From: a virus
DNA length: 64,000 nucleotides
Reading direction: 5' to 3' (one strand)
IMG/VR virus record: IMGVR_UViG_3300027792_000011
The position numbers and the translations under genes are program-made. The notes under the pieces were generated by a model that was not told where the DNA came from, searched no databases, and was given only the letters and a program-made list of their open reading frames with translations. Each line of letters begins with the position of its first letter. Within the stretch, counting starts at the first letter, position 1. Positions 49,493 to 57,634 of the stretch are shown in pieces.

Positions 49493-49905
49493 TGTACGAT
49501 CTTGTATCCATAGCTGCCTTCCGCGATGAGATGACCAAACTGGCGCAGGAGTCTGCTCAGCGCATTGATCCGCAGGCTATTGAGCTGCAACAAGCTCTAG
49601 ATCAGGAGCAGGGCCGGAGAACGATGAACCGGCAAGCTCTAGGGCAGTTCTTGAAGGACACTGCTATCGTTGCTGGTGGTGTTGGGGCTGGATATGGGCT
49701 AGGTCGGTTGTCAGTGGATGCTCTGACAAAGCTACGAGGGCCAGTATCAAGTCCATGGCGTCAAATGCTGTATGCAACATTTCCGGTAGTGGCAGGTGGT
49801 GCTGCTCTAGCTGTTCGTGGGAAGATGCGAGAAGAGCAAGATCGAAGGCTGGAAGAAGCATATCAGAGGGGTGTTCAGTCCGCAGGTAGTAGGGTGGGCA
49901 GGTGA
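49492..49905 (+). CDS. tagged two-TM candidate cargo protein
   Basis: N-terminal FRDEMTKLAQ; two hydrophobic Gly-rich helices. Confidence 0.72.
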   Translation: MYDLVSIAAFRDEMTKLAQESAQRIDPQAIELQQALDQEQGRRTMNRQALGQFLKDTAIVAGGVGAGYGLGRLSVDALTKLRGPVSSPWRQMLYATFPVVAGGAALAVRGKMREEQDRRLEEAYQRGVQSAGSRVGR

Positions 49906-50747
49906 GCGCAGTCATTCCGACCATAGCTCCAGAGACTCAAGGGAGTAGCTGGGCGGACAACCCGCTCGAGCACTTGATAAGGCTCTGTCTGATCTTTGCC
50001 CAAGAGCTGTGGAAGGAAGCGCCTACTGGTAACTTCAAGTGGGACCCCGACGATGCTGTCTCTGAGATAGTGATCACGGATGACGCTCCCATCGAGCCTG
50101 ATGTTATCGAGAAGAGGCCCGCCATCGTATCCGTCCGATCTCAGTGTGGATGGGCTGGTATCGGTCTAGATCAGCTCATGTCGTTGAGTATCAGAACTGG
50201 CGAGCGCGTTCACACAGATCTGATCTCCGGCAACATAACGCTGAACTGTCTCTCTAGGGTCAAGACAGAAGCCGAGTTGATCGCATGGGTGACTGCAAAC
50301 CATTTCTGGGTTTTGAAGTACATCCTCATGAAGCTCGGGTTCCACAAGATCGGAGAACAGATCCAGGTTCTATCCGCCTCTCCTCCTGGAGCTATCGTCA
50401 GTGGAGACACTGAAGGCGAGATCATAAATGTCCCAGTAGTTATCCCGTTCCACTTCCAGCACACTGTGAAGGTGAGCGAAGAGGGATTGCGGGTTCTGAA
50501 CAAGATCGAACAGACCATAACAGTTCAGATGACGAATCCATTCAAACCAACTACTCAACTCGAAGAAGGTGGTTGGGGAACCGGTCTGTACCAACAAGAT
50601 GGTAAGCGGGCCGAGTTCCAGAACATGAAGGGCAACATTAGACCCCCAACGTTTAGGGGGCGATCACTGCAGCCGATGAACTACATTGGTGGAGGAAAGG
50701 CGGATCCGCCTATCCAAGTGGTAGTCAAGATCGACGACGAGGAGTAG
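49902..50747 (+). CDS. probable tail terminator/completion protein
   Basis: directly upstream of sheath; RPAIVSVR and LNCLSR..EAE.IA motifs. Confidence 0.5.
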   Translation: MSAVIPTIAPETQGSSWADNPLEHLIRLCLIFAQELWKEAPTGNFKWDPDDAVSEIVITDDAPIEPDVIEKRPAIVSVRSQCGWAGIGLDQLMSLSIRTGERVHTDLISGNITLNCLSRVKTEAELIAWVTANHFWVLKYILMKLGFHKIGEQIQVLSASPPGAIVSGDTEGEIINVPVVIPFHFQHTVKVSEEGLRVLNKIEQTITVQMTNPFKPTTQLEEGGWGTGLYQQDGKRAEFQNMKGNIRPPTFRGRSLQPMNYIGGGKADPPIQVVVKIDDEE

Positions 50748-50752
50748 AGAAC

Positions 50753-53700
50753 ATGGCACAAGCAATCCCCGAACTTCCGCAGCCTGGTGTGCAGGTCGTC
50801 CAGGAGTACACGGATCAGACCCCTGTTATCGTGATCCCGACGCTGGTTCCGTGCGTGGTCGGGGTAGCGAAGGAGATCCGCGAGCTCTACAACTCGGACG
50901 GCACTCTCAACACAGATATCATTGTGGATGGTCCAGCACTTGCTGTGGCCCCCAACGATCAGACTAGCTACACGGTAATGGACGCGCTCACGCTCCAGCT
51001 TCGGGTCAATGGCGGGGTTCTCCAGACCTTTACCATGCCCACTGGTGCTACGCCGCCAACTACCATGACGGCACAAGAGGTGGCTATCGCCATCAACGGT
51101 GCAGCGCCTCCTCCGATCAACTTCGCAGCCTATGTGCTAGCGGAAGACTCGGATGGCGATGGTGTGGACGACAAGTGGTACCTCGAGCTCCGCTCCACCG
51201 CCACCGGAGAAGACACTTCCATCCAGATCGTTGGTGGGACTGCTATCACCAAGTTCGGTTGGGGTGAGGGGCAGACCTTCTACGGGCTTGGTGCCTACAT
51301 CCAAGATAGCGTGTACCTGAAGCAGTCCAGCTTCCCGGATCCCAGAGGCAACCTCGATGAGCTGAACATCGATGAGGACTCGATCCGAGTGTTCGTGGAC
51401 CTCGGTACTGCTCCAAGGGAATTCCTGCGAACAGAGTCGTTCCTTCGGCTGGGGAGCTACTACAACGTAGTTGGACCAGTGTACGGTGTTACACCAGTTG
51501 ATGATGGGGATGGAGACACTCTGACCCCGTACGTCGACTTCAAGAGCACTGGAGCATCGATCCCAAACTTCCAAGCTCTTGCTACTTCAGCCGCACTGAC
51601 TGGCATTGTCGATCTATCGACATTCCAGCCTCTGCATGGCAAGGAGCTGATCCTCCAAATTGACGGTGGTGGAAAGCAGACCATCAAGTTCTACGGTCAA
51701 CCGATCGTGTCCACCGACTCAACGGCTGGTGGTGGTTGGGACTTCACTGCCCCAGCTGGTGCGATCAATGGGCAGACGTTGAACCTTCTGGTCAACGGTG
51801 TGTCGCTTGTTGTGACGTTCGTTGCAGCTGCGTCCATAGCGGATGTCGTAACTCAGATCAATGCGGTTTCAGTGGCTACCTTCGGCGTCAACATCGCCTA
51901 TCGGTGCAATGCCGCTGGTGATTCAGCTCCTGCTGGTGTGTACGTGGGATTGTTCTATGGCGCCCAACCGGCTGTGAACATCGTCGCCAACACCGAGGTG
52001 CAGGTAGCTGCCAACGTTTCTACGGCCCACACCGAGATCATTGGTGATGCTCTAGCCCATACTCAGTTGCTCGGCAAGAATGCTGGAGCGGAGCCGGTAG
52101 ATGATGTTGTCGAACAGATCAACAACGTCTACCCATCTGGTGTTGCTTCGTGGAGCACCAACTTTCTCAAGCTGCAGAGCCTGACCTCTGGGTACGAATC
52201 GAAGATCGAGATCGATTCAAACAGCACGTCGCTTGGATCACCGCAACCTACCCCAACCACCAATCTTGGTATCAATGTTGGTCTCAACGGCTACACCTAC
52301 CATGGAAATCCGTTCCCAGTTCGTGTAGGGGATGCCATCTACGGTGATGGCGCCTACCTCGGCAACGTCAGTGAGATTCATCCCATGGCAACTCAGGGAC
52401 GGATCAAGCTGGATCGAGAAGTAGCTGTTTCTGGAAGGTGGCAGTACTGGTACTTCCTCGCTAAGAACCTGGATACCGTACTGAGCAGCCAGTGGGGCGT
52501 GACCGTTCCAACTCCGGACATCTACCTGGATACGCAGGGTAATGTGCACCTCAAGCACGACTTCTTGAGGGACATCTACGGACAACCTGTTTCGACAGCG
52601 GTAGTCATGCTCTACGTGATGTATACCGCTGTTCGACTGGATGTCACGGCAGCCTCTGCAGATCCAGCACTCTTGACGTTCAACAACATCAACGAGCTCG
52701 AGGCCGCGATGAGTCCGGTCACTCCGGAGAATCCGCTGGCCTACGGTGTCTTCTGTGCCCTTGGCAACTCGAATGGTGTGTCGGTCTCCTGCATCGGTGT
52801 GAGCGAGACCTTGGCCGACAAACCGTACGGAACGTTGGCAGCATTCCAGGAGGCGTTTGACTTCCTGCAGAGTTCGGAAGTGTACGGCATCGCCACCCTC
52901 ACCAGCGATCTCGACATCGCCATGGCGGCTCAGCAGCATGTCAATACTATGAGCGAGCCGACCATGAAGGGTGAGCGTGTTGCAGTCGTTCACCTAGGCC
53001 GGCCGACTCGGAAGGTTGATACCATCGTTGCTTCTGGCAATGATGGTGACACGATCGTCGGCACGCCAACCTATCTCGATACTGGCGTTCCGAATCTGTC
53101 ACAGTTGCTCCTGGATGCTGGTCTCAATCCAGCAACCTTTGGGATCACGGACGGTGTATTCCTCGATCTATCGGCTGATAGCTACAACTGGAACGTGATC
53201 GGACCGGTAGTTGGCGGTACGAGACTTCGGGTCAACACTATCTTCGCTCCGGGGCAGAATGACGATGGCTTCTACCACGATACCATTGGAGACTTCCCGA
53301 CTCTGATCAGTGGTAGCTTCTCGGTGAAGATCAGAGGAGCTGCTGTTGCTTCCAAGGACGAGGAAGTAGAGACCGTCTATGCGCGAGGTCAGGGATTCAG
53401 CGATAGGCGCGTATGGATGATGCAGCTCGATCAGCTCAAAGCGACCATTGATGGTATCGAGCAGCTGGTGCCTGGGTTCTACATGAACGCGGCCAAGGTT
53501 GGTATGGTTGGTGGGCAGCAGCCCTCTCAGCCCTTCACCAATCTTCCGATCGCAGTGTTCACCGGAGTCACTGGGACCAATGATAGGTACAACACCACGC
53601 AGCTCAATCAGATGGCTGCAGGTGGTGCTGACCTTACTGTGCAAGAGAACAAGAACGGTCCAATCTGGTCGCGCATGCAGGTCACCACCAAGCTGACGAC

Positions 53701-53995
53701 CATCGAACAACGAGAGCAGTCGATCGTGAGAGCGGTTGACTACTGCGCGAAGTTCTACCGAATGAGCCTCAAGGTCTACATCGGTAGATACAACATCACG
53801 CAAGGATTCCTCGACACTCTCAGCACAGTGGCCCAAGGCCTGGGGCGATGGCTAGAGGAAGAGGGAAAAGTAGTGTCGGGTGCAGAGCTGAACAATCTGA
53901 TCCAGGATGAGAACAATCCTGATACCGTTCTCGTTCAGGTCAGTATTGATCCACTATACCCGTGCAACTATATTGTGATCACGATCATTGTCTGA
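50753..53995 (+). CDS. contractile tail sheath protein (large, with inserted domains)
   Basis: N-terminal PGVQVVQE; C-terminal REQSIVRAVD...YIGRYNI...P.YPCNYIVITI. Confidence 0.88.
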   Translation: MAQAIPELPQPGVQVVQEYTDQTPVIVIPTLVPCVVGVAKEIRELYNSDGTLNTDIIVDGPALAVAPNDQTSYTVMDALTLQLRVNGGVLQTFTMPTGATPPTTMTAQEVAIAINGAAPPPINFAAYVLAEDSDGDGVDDKWYLELRSTATGEDTSIQIVGGTAITKFGWGEGQTFYGLGAYIQDSVYLKQSSFPDPRGNLDELNIDEDSIRVFVDLGTAPREFLRTESFLRLGSYYNVVGPVYGVTPVDDGDGDTLTPYVDFKSTGASIPNFQALATSAALTGIVDLSTFQPLHGKELILQIDGGGKQTIKFYGQPIVSTDSTAGGGWDFTAPAGAINGQTLNLLVNGVSLVVTFVAAASIADVVTQINAVSVATFGVNIAYRCNAAGDSAPAGVYVGLFYGAQPAVNIVANTEVQVAANVSTAHTEIIGDALAHTQLLGKNAGAEPVDDVVEQINNVYPSGVASWSTNFLKLQSLTSGYESKIEIDSNSTSLGSPQPTPTTNLGINVGLNGYTYHGNPFPVRVGDAIYGDGAYLGNVSEIHPMATQGRIKLDREVAVSGRWQYWYFLAKNLDTVLSSQWGVTVPTPDIYLDTQGNVHLKHDFLRDIYGQPVSTAVVMLYVMYTAVRLDVTAASADPALLTFNNINELEAAMSPVTPENPLAYGVFCALGNSNGVSVSCIGVSETLADKPYGTLAAFQEAFDFLQSSEVYGIATLTSDLDIAMAAQQHVNTMSEPTMKGERVAVVHLGRPTRKVDTIVASGNDGDTIVGTPTYLDTGVPNLSQLLLDAGLNPATFGITDGVFLDLSADSYNWNVIGPVVGGTRLRVNTIFAPGQNDDGFYHDTIGDFPTLISGSFSVKIRGAAVASKDEEVETVYARGQGFSDRRVWMMQLDQLKATIDGIEQLVPGFYMNAAKVGMVGGQQPSQPFTNLPIAVFTGVTGTNDRYNTTQLNQMAAGGADLTVQENKNGPIWSRMQVTTKLTTIEQREQSIVRAVDYCAKFYRMSLKVYIGRYNITQGFLDTLSTVAQGLGRWLEEEGKVVSGAELNNLIQDENNPDTVLVQVSIDPLYPCNYIVITIIV

Positions 53996-54020
53996 TCTAG
54001 GTCAGTTGTAGGAGGACAAA

Positions 54021-54773
54021 ATGCCAGGTCCCTTCTCAGGTTGGAATCCCCTCAACCACTATGTCCAGAATGGCATGGTTGACGGGAAGTTTGTTTCGGG
54101 CGGCCTTACTCTCATCGCTGCTGGTCCTCCCCGGCTATCACAGCTTGGGACAGGAGCTGGCGGGATGTCCATGGCCGCTTCCGCTCGTGATAGCGACATT
54201 GTCTATCCGATCGGTGTGACCCAGAACATCAATCACTCTCAGAACAAGACCTTCATGCGTATCTGGGAGCTTGGCTCAGAGAGATCATACTTCATCGGCG
54301 GCAGAACAGTGGGGCAGCTCGCTCTTTCGAGAGTGTACTATCACGGTGCATCTCTCCTGCGTGTGTTGTACGCATACTACCAGGACATGCTGCCTGGACC
54401 GGTTCAGGTACCTTGGATGTTCCCCAATCAGGGAGCATACAACATGGTAAACCAGCACGACGTGATCGTGCCTCCTGGATACGAGAACCTCTTTCTCAAC
54501 CTGGCGTCTGATCTGTTCAATCAACCCATTGGTCTCTTGGTCTACATGAGAGACTCGAATCTCAATACGATAGGTGCTGTATACCTCGAGGCGTGCTACG
54601 CTCCGAATCACACTTGGGCAACAGACGCTCAAGGAACCATCGTTCAGGAGACGGTGGCGATCCAGTACGAGCGAGTGATCCCGGTCAACGTAGCAGCTGT
54701 GTCGCTGGTCACTGGACTATCAGAAGCTGTTTCCGGTATCTCTAGCGGAGCGATGCCGTCTATCGCAGCGTAG
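54021..54773 (+). CDS. tail tube protein
   Basis: follows sheath; IGVTQNINHSQ...IWELGS...G.L.LSRV. Confidence 0.75.
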   Translation: MPGPFSGWNPLNHYVQNGMVDGKFVSGGLTLIAAGPPRLSQLGTGAGGMSMAASARDSDIVYPIGVTQNINHSQNKTFMRIWELGSERSYFIGGRTVGQLALSRVYYHGASLLRVLYAYYQDMLPGPVQVPWMFPNQGAYNMVNQHDVIVPPGYENLFLNLASDLFNQPIGLLVYMRDSNLNTIGAVYLEACYAPNHTWATDAQGTIVQETVAIQYERVIPVNVAAVSLVTGLSEAVSGISSGAMPSIAA

Positions 54774-54785
54774 GAAGGTTGACCT

Positions 54786-55949
54786 ATGGCAGTGTACTCT
54801 ACCAGAGCTGAGTGGCTCGAAGCACAGTCTCGAGATCACTTCCACAAGTTGGGATCGTTGACGATCAAGACGACTGATGCCCACTTCATGGGCAAGGTAG
54901 CAGCTCATGAGTTCAGCCCAGAGATCACAAAGACTGCCAGCTTCAATGCCATTCTTCTGGACATCATAGAGCGCAGCAAGCCAAATGGACTGATCAAATC
55001 GGCAGCTCTGCACGCAACTCTCAACGATGAGGGCATCTTGAAAGTTGCTTCGGAGGATAGCTACTGGACCGGCGCACAGGCAGTACATCACCTTGATTTC
55101 CTTTCAGGTGTCTACGATATCAATCCGGATATGGCCTGGCGTTTTGCTGCGAATGCGGGGCTTGCCAAGGAAGCAGGCATTGGAAACTTCGTTGGTGCTG
55201 CAGGCCGACTTTTGGGCAGAGGAGCTAAAGCTGGCGGAGGAGCACTACAAGCTGGAAGGCAGGCAGTAGGTCGAACAGCTAGTGGTGTGTCAAATTGGTG
55301 GAAAGGGACTGGTACCAAGTTCCTAGGTGATACAAGCCATTTGGGAACCAAGCCGTTGGGCCAAGCCTGGTCGCCGCTACCAGCGGGACAGCATGCGATC
55401 AATCCGAATACTCTAGCAAGCAATCTTGCGAACAAGAATCCGTTTCAGCGGGCTGCTCAGCGAGTTAGCAATTGGTGGTCAGGTTCAGTTCACGGAACAG
55501 CTGGAATGCAGGGTCCTGGAATCAATCCATTGCGTAGAGCGGGTCAGAATATTGCCTATCAAGCCGAGCGTGGTTTTGAAGCAGGAAAGGCCGGAGCCCC
55601 CATTCTTCAGCGAGCTCCTAAGCCCGCAGCTGCAGCTGCAGAGCACGCCGCTCCAGCAGCTAGTCAGGGAGCAGGTGCAGCAGGCCATGCAGTGCCGGCC
55701 GCTCCTGAAGCAGCTGCGGGAGCTGCCGGTCAAGTAGCACCAAGACAAAGTGCTGGAAGAGAAGCCTGGGAGACCACCAAGGCAATTGGCCGGGGAGCAC
55801 GTAACCTGGGCTATGCAGGTATCATAGGCGGAACTGTTCTTGGAGCAGCTGGACTATCAGCAGCAGGCAATCTAGTTCGTCCCAACCCCTCACCATACCA
55901 GTATGGAATGGGCGGCCCAACTCCCTGGATGTCCCCACAGCAGATGTAG
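54786..55949 (+). CDS. K-x-A-rich leader plus Gly/Ala-rich amphipathic candidate cargo
   Basis: GKVAA, TKTAS, IKSAA, LKVAS, AKEAG in the first ~130 aa; repeated VSNWW; C-terminal TM-like helix. Confidence 0.7.
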   Translation: MAVYSTRAEWLEAQSRDHFHKLGSLTIKTTDAHFMGKVAAHEFSPEITKTASFNAILLDIIERSKPNGLIKSAALHATLNDEGILKVASEDSYWTGAQAVHHLDFLSGVYDINPDMAWRFAANAGLAKEAGIGNFVGAAGRLLGRGAKAGGGALQAGRQAVGRTASGVSNWWKGTGTKFLGDTSHLGTKPLGQAWSPLPAGQHAINPNTLASNLANKNPFQRAAQRVSNWWSGSVHGTAGMQGPGINPLRRAGQNIAYQAERGFEAGKAGAPILQRAPKPAAAAAEHAAPAASQGAGAAGHAVPAAPEAAAGAAGQVAPRQSAGREAWETTKAIGRGARNLGYAGIIGGTVLGAAGLSAAGNLVRPNPSPYQYGMGGPTPWMSPQQM

Positions 55950-55992
55950 AGCTAAGACAAAGAGCCACGGGTTTCCGTGACTCTTCGTCTCG
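55950..55992 (-). terminator. terminator with TTAGCT tail
   Basis: AAGAGTCACGG/CCGTGGCTCTT stem + TGTCTTAGCT. Confidence 0.75.
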
Positions 55993-56008
55993 TTGGAGTG
56001 GGGGAAGG

Positions 56009-56266
56009 CTACGCGCGTACGATCTTGCGTCCGATCTTGCGTTCCTTTGTCAGAGCATCCACTAGTCGCTGCTTCTTCAGCGGGGTCGCGTTGGGGGTGG
56101 GCGGCTCGACCACGATGGTCAGCACGCCGTCCTTGGTCAACGAGGAGAGGTGGTCGATGAGTTTGTCCACTCCGTCGGCCATTTGGCGGTGGATGCTCAT
56201 GTACGCCTTTGCCACGTTGTTGAGAGCGTCCAACTCGGCCTTAGAAAACTCGAAACTGATGCGCAT
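56009..56266 (-). CDS. hypothetical protein (cassette)
   Basis: SD AAGGAG, own promoter and terminator. Confidence 0.75.
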   Translation of the reverse strand: MRISFEFSKAELDALNNVAKAYMSIHRQMADGVDKLIDHLSSLTKDGVLTIVVEPPTPNATPLKKQRLVDALTKERKIGRKIVRA

Positions 56267-56318
56267 TGGTGACTCCTTTCTTTTTCAAGGGAGAACTAGG
56301 TTCTCCGTCACCATAATA

Positions 56319-56345
56319 CTTATCCCATCTTATATGATCAGATTT
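56319..56345 (-). promoter_or_regulatory. phage promoter AAA-N18-GATAAG
   Basis: GAAAA-tctgatcatataagatgg-GATAAG. Confidence 0.7.
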
Positions 56346-56355
56346 TCGCTTTTAG

Positions 56356-56387
56356 AGCTAAGAAGAGCGCCCGAGAGGGCGTCTTCC
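56356..56387 (-). terminator. terminator with TTAGCT tail
   Basis: CGCCC/GGGCG stem + CTCTTCTTAGCT. Confidence 0.65.
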
Positions 56388-56399
56388 GGAGGTGCTCGG

Positions 56400-56600
56400 C
56401 TAGTTGGCCGAGTTCACCTCCTTCATCAGGTCCTTGCTCACCAGGTTGGCCAGTGCGATGAGAGAATTGATCGTATCCGCTGCGTCTTGCCACTCGGAAT
56501 CCGTTGGAGTTGAGTGGACCACCAACTTCTTTACGATCGTCTGAAGTTTCGCAACAGCCTGGAGCGACGTCTTGATCGTCTCTTCTTCTACTCGTGTCAT
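56400..56600 (-). CDS. hypothetical protein (cassette)
   Basis: SD AAGGAGG, own promoter and terminator. Confidence 0.75.
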   Translation of the reverse strand: MTRVEEETIKTSLQAVAKLQTIVKKLVVHSTPTDSEWQDAADTINSLIALANLVSKDLMKEVNSAN

Positions 56601-56654
56601 TTTGGTGACCTCCTTCTTTTTCGGGGGAGCATAATTGCTCCGATCACCAAGATA

Positions 56655-56681
56655 CTTATCCCATCTGTATGATCAGAATTT
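56655..56681 (-). promoter_or_regulatory. phage promoter AAA-N18-GATAAG
   Basis: GTGAAA-ttctgatcatacagatgg-GATAAG. Confidence 0.7.
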
Positions 56682-56690
56682 CACTTTTGG

Positions 56691-56746
56691 AGCTAAAAAA
56701 TGAGGGTGCAACAGAGTCCCGCTGCACTGTTGCATGACCCTCTCAG
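56691..56746 (-). terminator. long hairpin terminator with TTAGCT tail (possible ~55-nt sRNA)
   Basis: GAGGG..TGCAACAG/CTGTTGCA CCCTC + ATTTTTTAGCT. Confidence 0.65.
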
Positions 56747-56750
56747 AATA

Positions 56751-56777
56751 CTTATCCCATGATTAGGCTAGGATTTT
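56751..56777 (-). promoter_or_regulatory. phage promoter AAA-N18-GATAAG
   Basis: shares ATGGGATAAGTAT with the two neighbouring promoters. Confidence 0.6.
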
Positions 56778-57310
56778 TTCTCCCACCACTTATCAAGACT
56801 GATGGTTCCAGGTATGGGAGACATGTCTACAAACGATCCAGGCATCTGATGGCGGGGTTCTTCTAGTCGATCTGGGAACAGTTCCTCTAGCTCATCGTCA
56901 TCGCTCTGTGCTGGTAGCTGAGGAGCTTTCTGCTTTGGTGCTCGAGCTCCACCGGTTCTCATGTGCTCGAGGGCTATGTCTGCTATGGCCTGTGGTGGTA
57001 GATCCTTGCTCAGGACGCCGAAGAACTTCTCCAGCTCCTCGGCCTCCCACAACTCAGGCTCATTGAGAGCGGAGATGGCAAACTCTTCTGGGGTAGTGCC
57101 ATAGGTCTCCAGCAACTCATCTAGTGCTGGATCAGAAGAGGAGGGCTGCCGGGGCTCCTCCTCCGTCGAGGATAGAGACGGAGTGATGGGTGTGAGGAAC
57201 CCCGGCAGCGTAGACGGATCACATGGTTTGATATACTCCTGGATACGAGCCAGGTCGTCAAGAGGTGCTGCTGCTGAAGTCCAGAAGCTATTCAGTATCG
57301 GTGTCTTCAT
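56768..57310 (-). CDS. acidic Pro-rich hypothetical protein
   Basis: ORF; start uncertain. Confidence 0.55.
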   Translation of the reverse strand: MKTPILNSFWTSAAAPLDDLARIQEYIKPCDPSTLPGFLTPITPSLSSTEEEPRQPSSSDPALDELLETYGTTPEEFAISALNEPELWEAEELEKFFGVLSKDLPPQAIADIALEHMRTGGARAPKQKAPQLPAQSDDDELEELFPDRLEEPRHQMPGSFVDMSPIPGTISLDKWWEKKS

Positions 57311-57533
57311 CTTTGTCCAGATCAGCAATGTTCTGGTACATCCACCATCGAGCATCACTGTCCTCAGATGCTACCACCTGAAGACGCAATCGGTGCGCTT
57401 CGATCAGTACTTTGACTACCTCACTGGCGCTCAGCTTTATTCCGTAGTCCTGTCGAAGTCGCAGCTGTTCTTGAAGTAGCAGCTGTTCTTGTTCCGGTGT
57501 GAACTGCCACTGTACTATCGTCTTCTTTTTCAT
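57288..57533 (-). CDS. small hypothetical protein (possible ribbon-helix-helix)
   Basis: TIVQWQFTPEQEQLL...LSASEVVKVLI. Confidence 0.45.
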   Translation of the reverse strand: MKKKTIVQWQFTPEQEQLLLQEQLRLRQDYGIKLSASEVVKVLIEAHRLRLQVVASEDSDARWWMYQNIADLDKDEDTDTE

Positions 57534-57634
57534 CCTCAAACTCGAAGTGTACCCTCAATCTTGGTTGATCACCTTTCAATCGACGTTGAGCGTATTCCAG
57601 TGCCAGCTCTGCCAACGTCGTGAAAAGATCCTCG

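Noticed and set aside
49902-54773. Tailocin/eCIS rather than phage
   Set aside because: Portal, terminase, protease, capsid and replication genes are present.
16102-55748. Numerous antisense and alternate-frame ORFs inside large structural genes
   Set aside because: No SD or motifs; explained by codon bias of the sense genes.
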